Below are positions 61,081 to 64,000 of a DNA stretch of 64,000 bases, piece after piece. The notes beneath the pieces were generated by a model. That model did no database searches. It had not been told where the DNA came from and worked only from the letters and a program-made list of their open reading frames with translations. The stretch is from Haplodiscus bocki (lineage: Eukaryota). Position 1 is the first letter of the stretch; each line of letters starts with the position of its first letter. The DNA lies in contig OZ296650.1 of NCBI GenBank assembly GCA_965655095.1, forward strand, positions 63,426,001-63,490,000, read 5' to 3'. The translations under genes were made by a program, and so were the position numbers.

Positions 61081-64000
61081 AAATGTCACAATTTCACTCC
61101 GGAACAGTGACTCACAGACCGGAGACCAACAGAAGAATATTCCACCAATCCCATGTGTTGTCTGGCAGCAACCTCTGGAGATATTTGTTGATAGTTCAAG
61201 TTAGCTAATATTCAAAACGACTCTACTGCTGAAACTAATGAAAGCACGCATACGCCCCAACTAAAATAGAGAAATGATGTAGATTGACGAACGACGTCAT
61301 CAAAGGAAACCTCACTTCAAATTCCGGAACCTCTACGGAACAGTTCCGAGAAAATGAAACTAGTAGCAAACAAGTGCTGTGCCTCAATGACTCCCAGAAC
61401 TTTCAAAACGAAACCCAAGAATAACTAACGGCATCACAGCTGAAATGTAACGGAGATGACAATATTTCCCTTCTCACAAAAACAACTTAAACAACTTCAC
61501 CGCTGTTTGGGAAACGATTGTGAGAGATGAGACATGCAAGAGCTGTATATATCAGTGTCCTCCATCATAGTTCCTGAAAAGTGTATCTGCCTCTGGATTT
61601 CGTATATTATCTAATTACACAACCCATTTGACTAGGAGTATACCAGGCACAATACGAGAAGTTTTCCCACAAAGTTTCCAATAAAGAAAGGACATATGAC
61701 GGAATGGATACGGACCATGATTGTAGCTACAAACGGGTCACCAATTGGAAGCATCAAAACCCTAATTCTACGACCCCCGCAGCACAAAATATGATCTATG
61801 CCATCACCAGAAACCGAATTGCAAGGAAACTTACAGACATTGAATTTTTAAATCTGTTCTAGTATGTTCCACGGAACGCCTACGTTCACTTTCCGGAAAT
61901 CCTAGGAACGTGTTATGCAACTGATACGGAGCAAATACGTACCTTTTCCTGGAAGCTCCTGACAGTTTTCTTGTAACAAATACGATGTTTTGACTACTAG
62001 TTCTCAATGGATATTGGTGATTGCATTAGTGAGTTTCTAATTTCTCTTTCTCAGGATAATCCTTGTCGACTGACTCATTTCCCACTCATTCTCTCTCAGA
62101 CTTAAAATCGACGATATTGTGTGCAACTAGAACAATACAGGCAATGAATAGACTGAATGAGAAAAAGCTAGAAATACCCCAGATAAACCCACCCCAGTAT
62201 GGGCAACATCAACGATATTACTTCTTCCACCCAGGAAAAAACAAGGAGTGATACGGAACAATTCCGGAAAGTCTACGGAACGTACCACAAAGGCGTTGCA
62301 GCTGATCCAGTACCCCATTCAACTCTGCCAACATAAAATATGCTTCGCACACACACACACTACTGATTGCCCAAACACAAATCCGACGGGAATGCCCACT
62401 ATTCATTGGAAGATTCGGCAACTGAGCTTTTTCTGCCACACTGACGGAACGACAAAAACAAACAATCTAATGCCCAATGGCATGCACAACAGTGGCGGCA
62501 GGATTCGGTGACGAATTAATCTAACAGGCAAAAACGAGGTGAAATCTGGAACCAATGAGGAACAATACCGGTAAATTCCTCATTTGAACATGAATATTAC
62601 CATCATCAAAAGCCTGCTCCAGTAGCTCCCAACTTCGAGTACGACTGTAGACAACTTCAGAGACGTCAGACTGAAGCCCGCAACTAGCGATACCAGGCGT
62701 CTAAACAGAAGTCTCCCCACCCCCCCCCCCCAGTCGATACGTCATCTCTTCCGGACTCTAGGAGCAAATTCGGCATCACCTGCAAAAACGAGGATAATAA
62801 ACCACTGCCCCAAAAACAAATCCACAATGTAGATTAGAGAGAATCTAACTCTCAAGAGGAGCCGTGAGAGATCTGTTTCTAGAAGCCCCTTTCCGGACAT
62901 CCTCTTCCGAAGTGGGAGCAACAACTTCAAACTGGGATCACGACCGAGTCAATCCGAAAAATCCCGGAGATATCCAGACGAACAAATGGCTCCCCAGAAC
63001 AATTATACGCTAAAACACAATAGCCTCACGATGTCATCTTCATGAAGAGGTGCGCACTGATTACTAGCTTATGGAAAATATGAGTGCACAATATTATTCC
63101 AGCAAACCAAAAGCTAATGAGGTATGAAGATTTGAAAATTCACATTGCGGAGGTAAAGCGGTGTCAAAAACACGCTCAGACAAAGTCAGTCCCTCCAGTC
63201 CTGTTCCCGGAAAATCCCTGAGAAAATGAAACACTGCAACTGTAACCCGGAGATCGCCTACGCGGGAGCACCAAGAACAACATCGACACCCTCACCTTCG
63301 ATGTCGGCTTTTTCTCCGCATCTTCATGAGTTTCGCCATGATCTCCAACCACAAGCTATTCCAGAACTTCACCCGGATTCCCGGACCCTCCTTGTCCATA
63401 TCCCCAAGAAATTTTTCTTCAAGGGCACATGGAGGTTGATAGAAATAAAAAAATGAGTTCTGGCAGAACCTACAACTGACACAGCATCTGCTTGGATGAA
63501 GTGATCGCCTCATGCAGGATCACAGTTTCTCAGAAGTTCCATGGAATAGCAACACTTGACTATCAATTGCTGGATTAACATGCCTTATTAATATATTACG
63601 TACTAATTACAATTTTGATGAATTTGTCTGCCAGCAATGACATCAGCATGATATTTCAAGGAACCATTGAGGAACGAAACTAAAAGTTTCCTCATTTAAA
63701 ATTTTGCTTTCCTTGACTTTTGTACACAGTAACACCCTCAAATTCTACTCACTATTACTTAACTTCATCAATTTTACCTTTCAATACGGAAACTACTAAG
63801 AATTTCCCAGCCGAGGAGAAAACTACGGAGAACCTACGTATGTACTCCGTCACTTGACAACGTACTCTTGGTGAAGTCGTCAACTCTCATCGGCGAGAAT
63901 AATTCTTCATTTATGATTAAAATTGGTACCGGCGATTGGTTATCTTGTGAACTCTGGACAAGTGTGATTTCTATCTGGAACAATCATCAATGAGCAGAGG

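Larger units (their letters stand above)
59018..64000 (+). mobile_element. Second, degenerate gag-bearing retroelement; boundaries uncertain, probably runs off the window
   Basis: Possible TGT start at 59018, TATAAATA at about 59250 and a gag-like ORF. No intact pol was recognised downstream. Confidence 0.5.

Noticed and set aside
62300-62400. Degenerate RING finger (LCQHKICF...CP) in the second retroelement
   Set aside because: Too few correctly spaced ligands, and the frame is broken.

Overview
This is AT-rich, repeat-dense eukaryotic DNA, probably from an invertebrate animal. No rRNA, tRNA or CRISPR array was seen. The main feature is a complete 18,344-bp Ty3/gypsy-type (Metaviridae) provirus at 18626-36969. 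It has 1,881-bp LTRs (TGTCGCG...CGCGACA), a CTAT target-site duplication, a PBS and a PPT, and it is organised like a complex virus. Core genes are gag, a -1 frameshift into pol (PR, a TARG1/OARD1-like macrodomain, RT, RNase H, IN; four nonsense stops in this copy) and a chuvirus/Monjiviricetes-type class III fusion glycoprotein (env). Accessory genes include an intact RING-less TRAF (coiled-coil plus MATH), an Arg-rich protein, an antisense ORF and about eight small ORFs, among which are two clear and one possible paralog pair. Two older solo LTRs of related families (665-3018 minus, 9998-13324 plus) share with it a conserved, covarying RNA-like motif lying downstream of the TATA box in the solo LTRs. 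The window also holds a hAT-like MITE, nested foldback elements, two decayed LINEs, a second gag-bearing retroelement (from about 59 kb) and one spliced host gene on the minus strand (signal peptide, EGF, WSC). All family assignments come from motif recognition by eye; no database searches were run.
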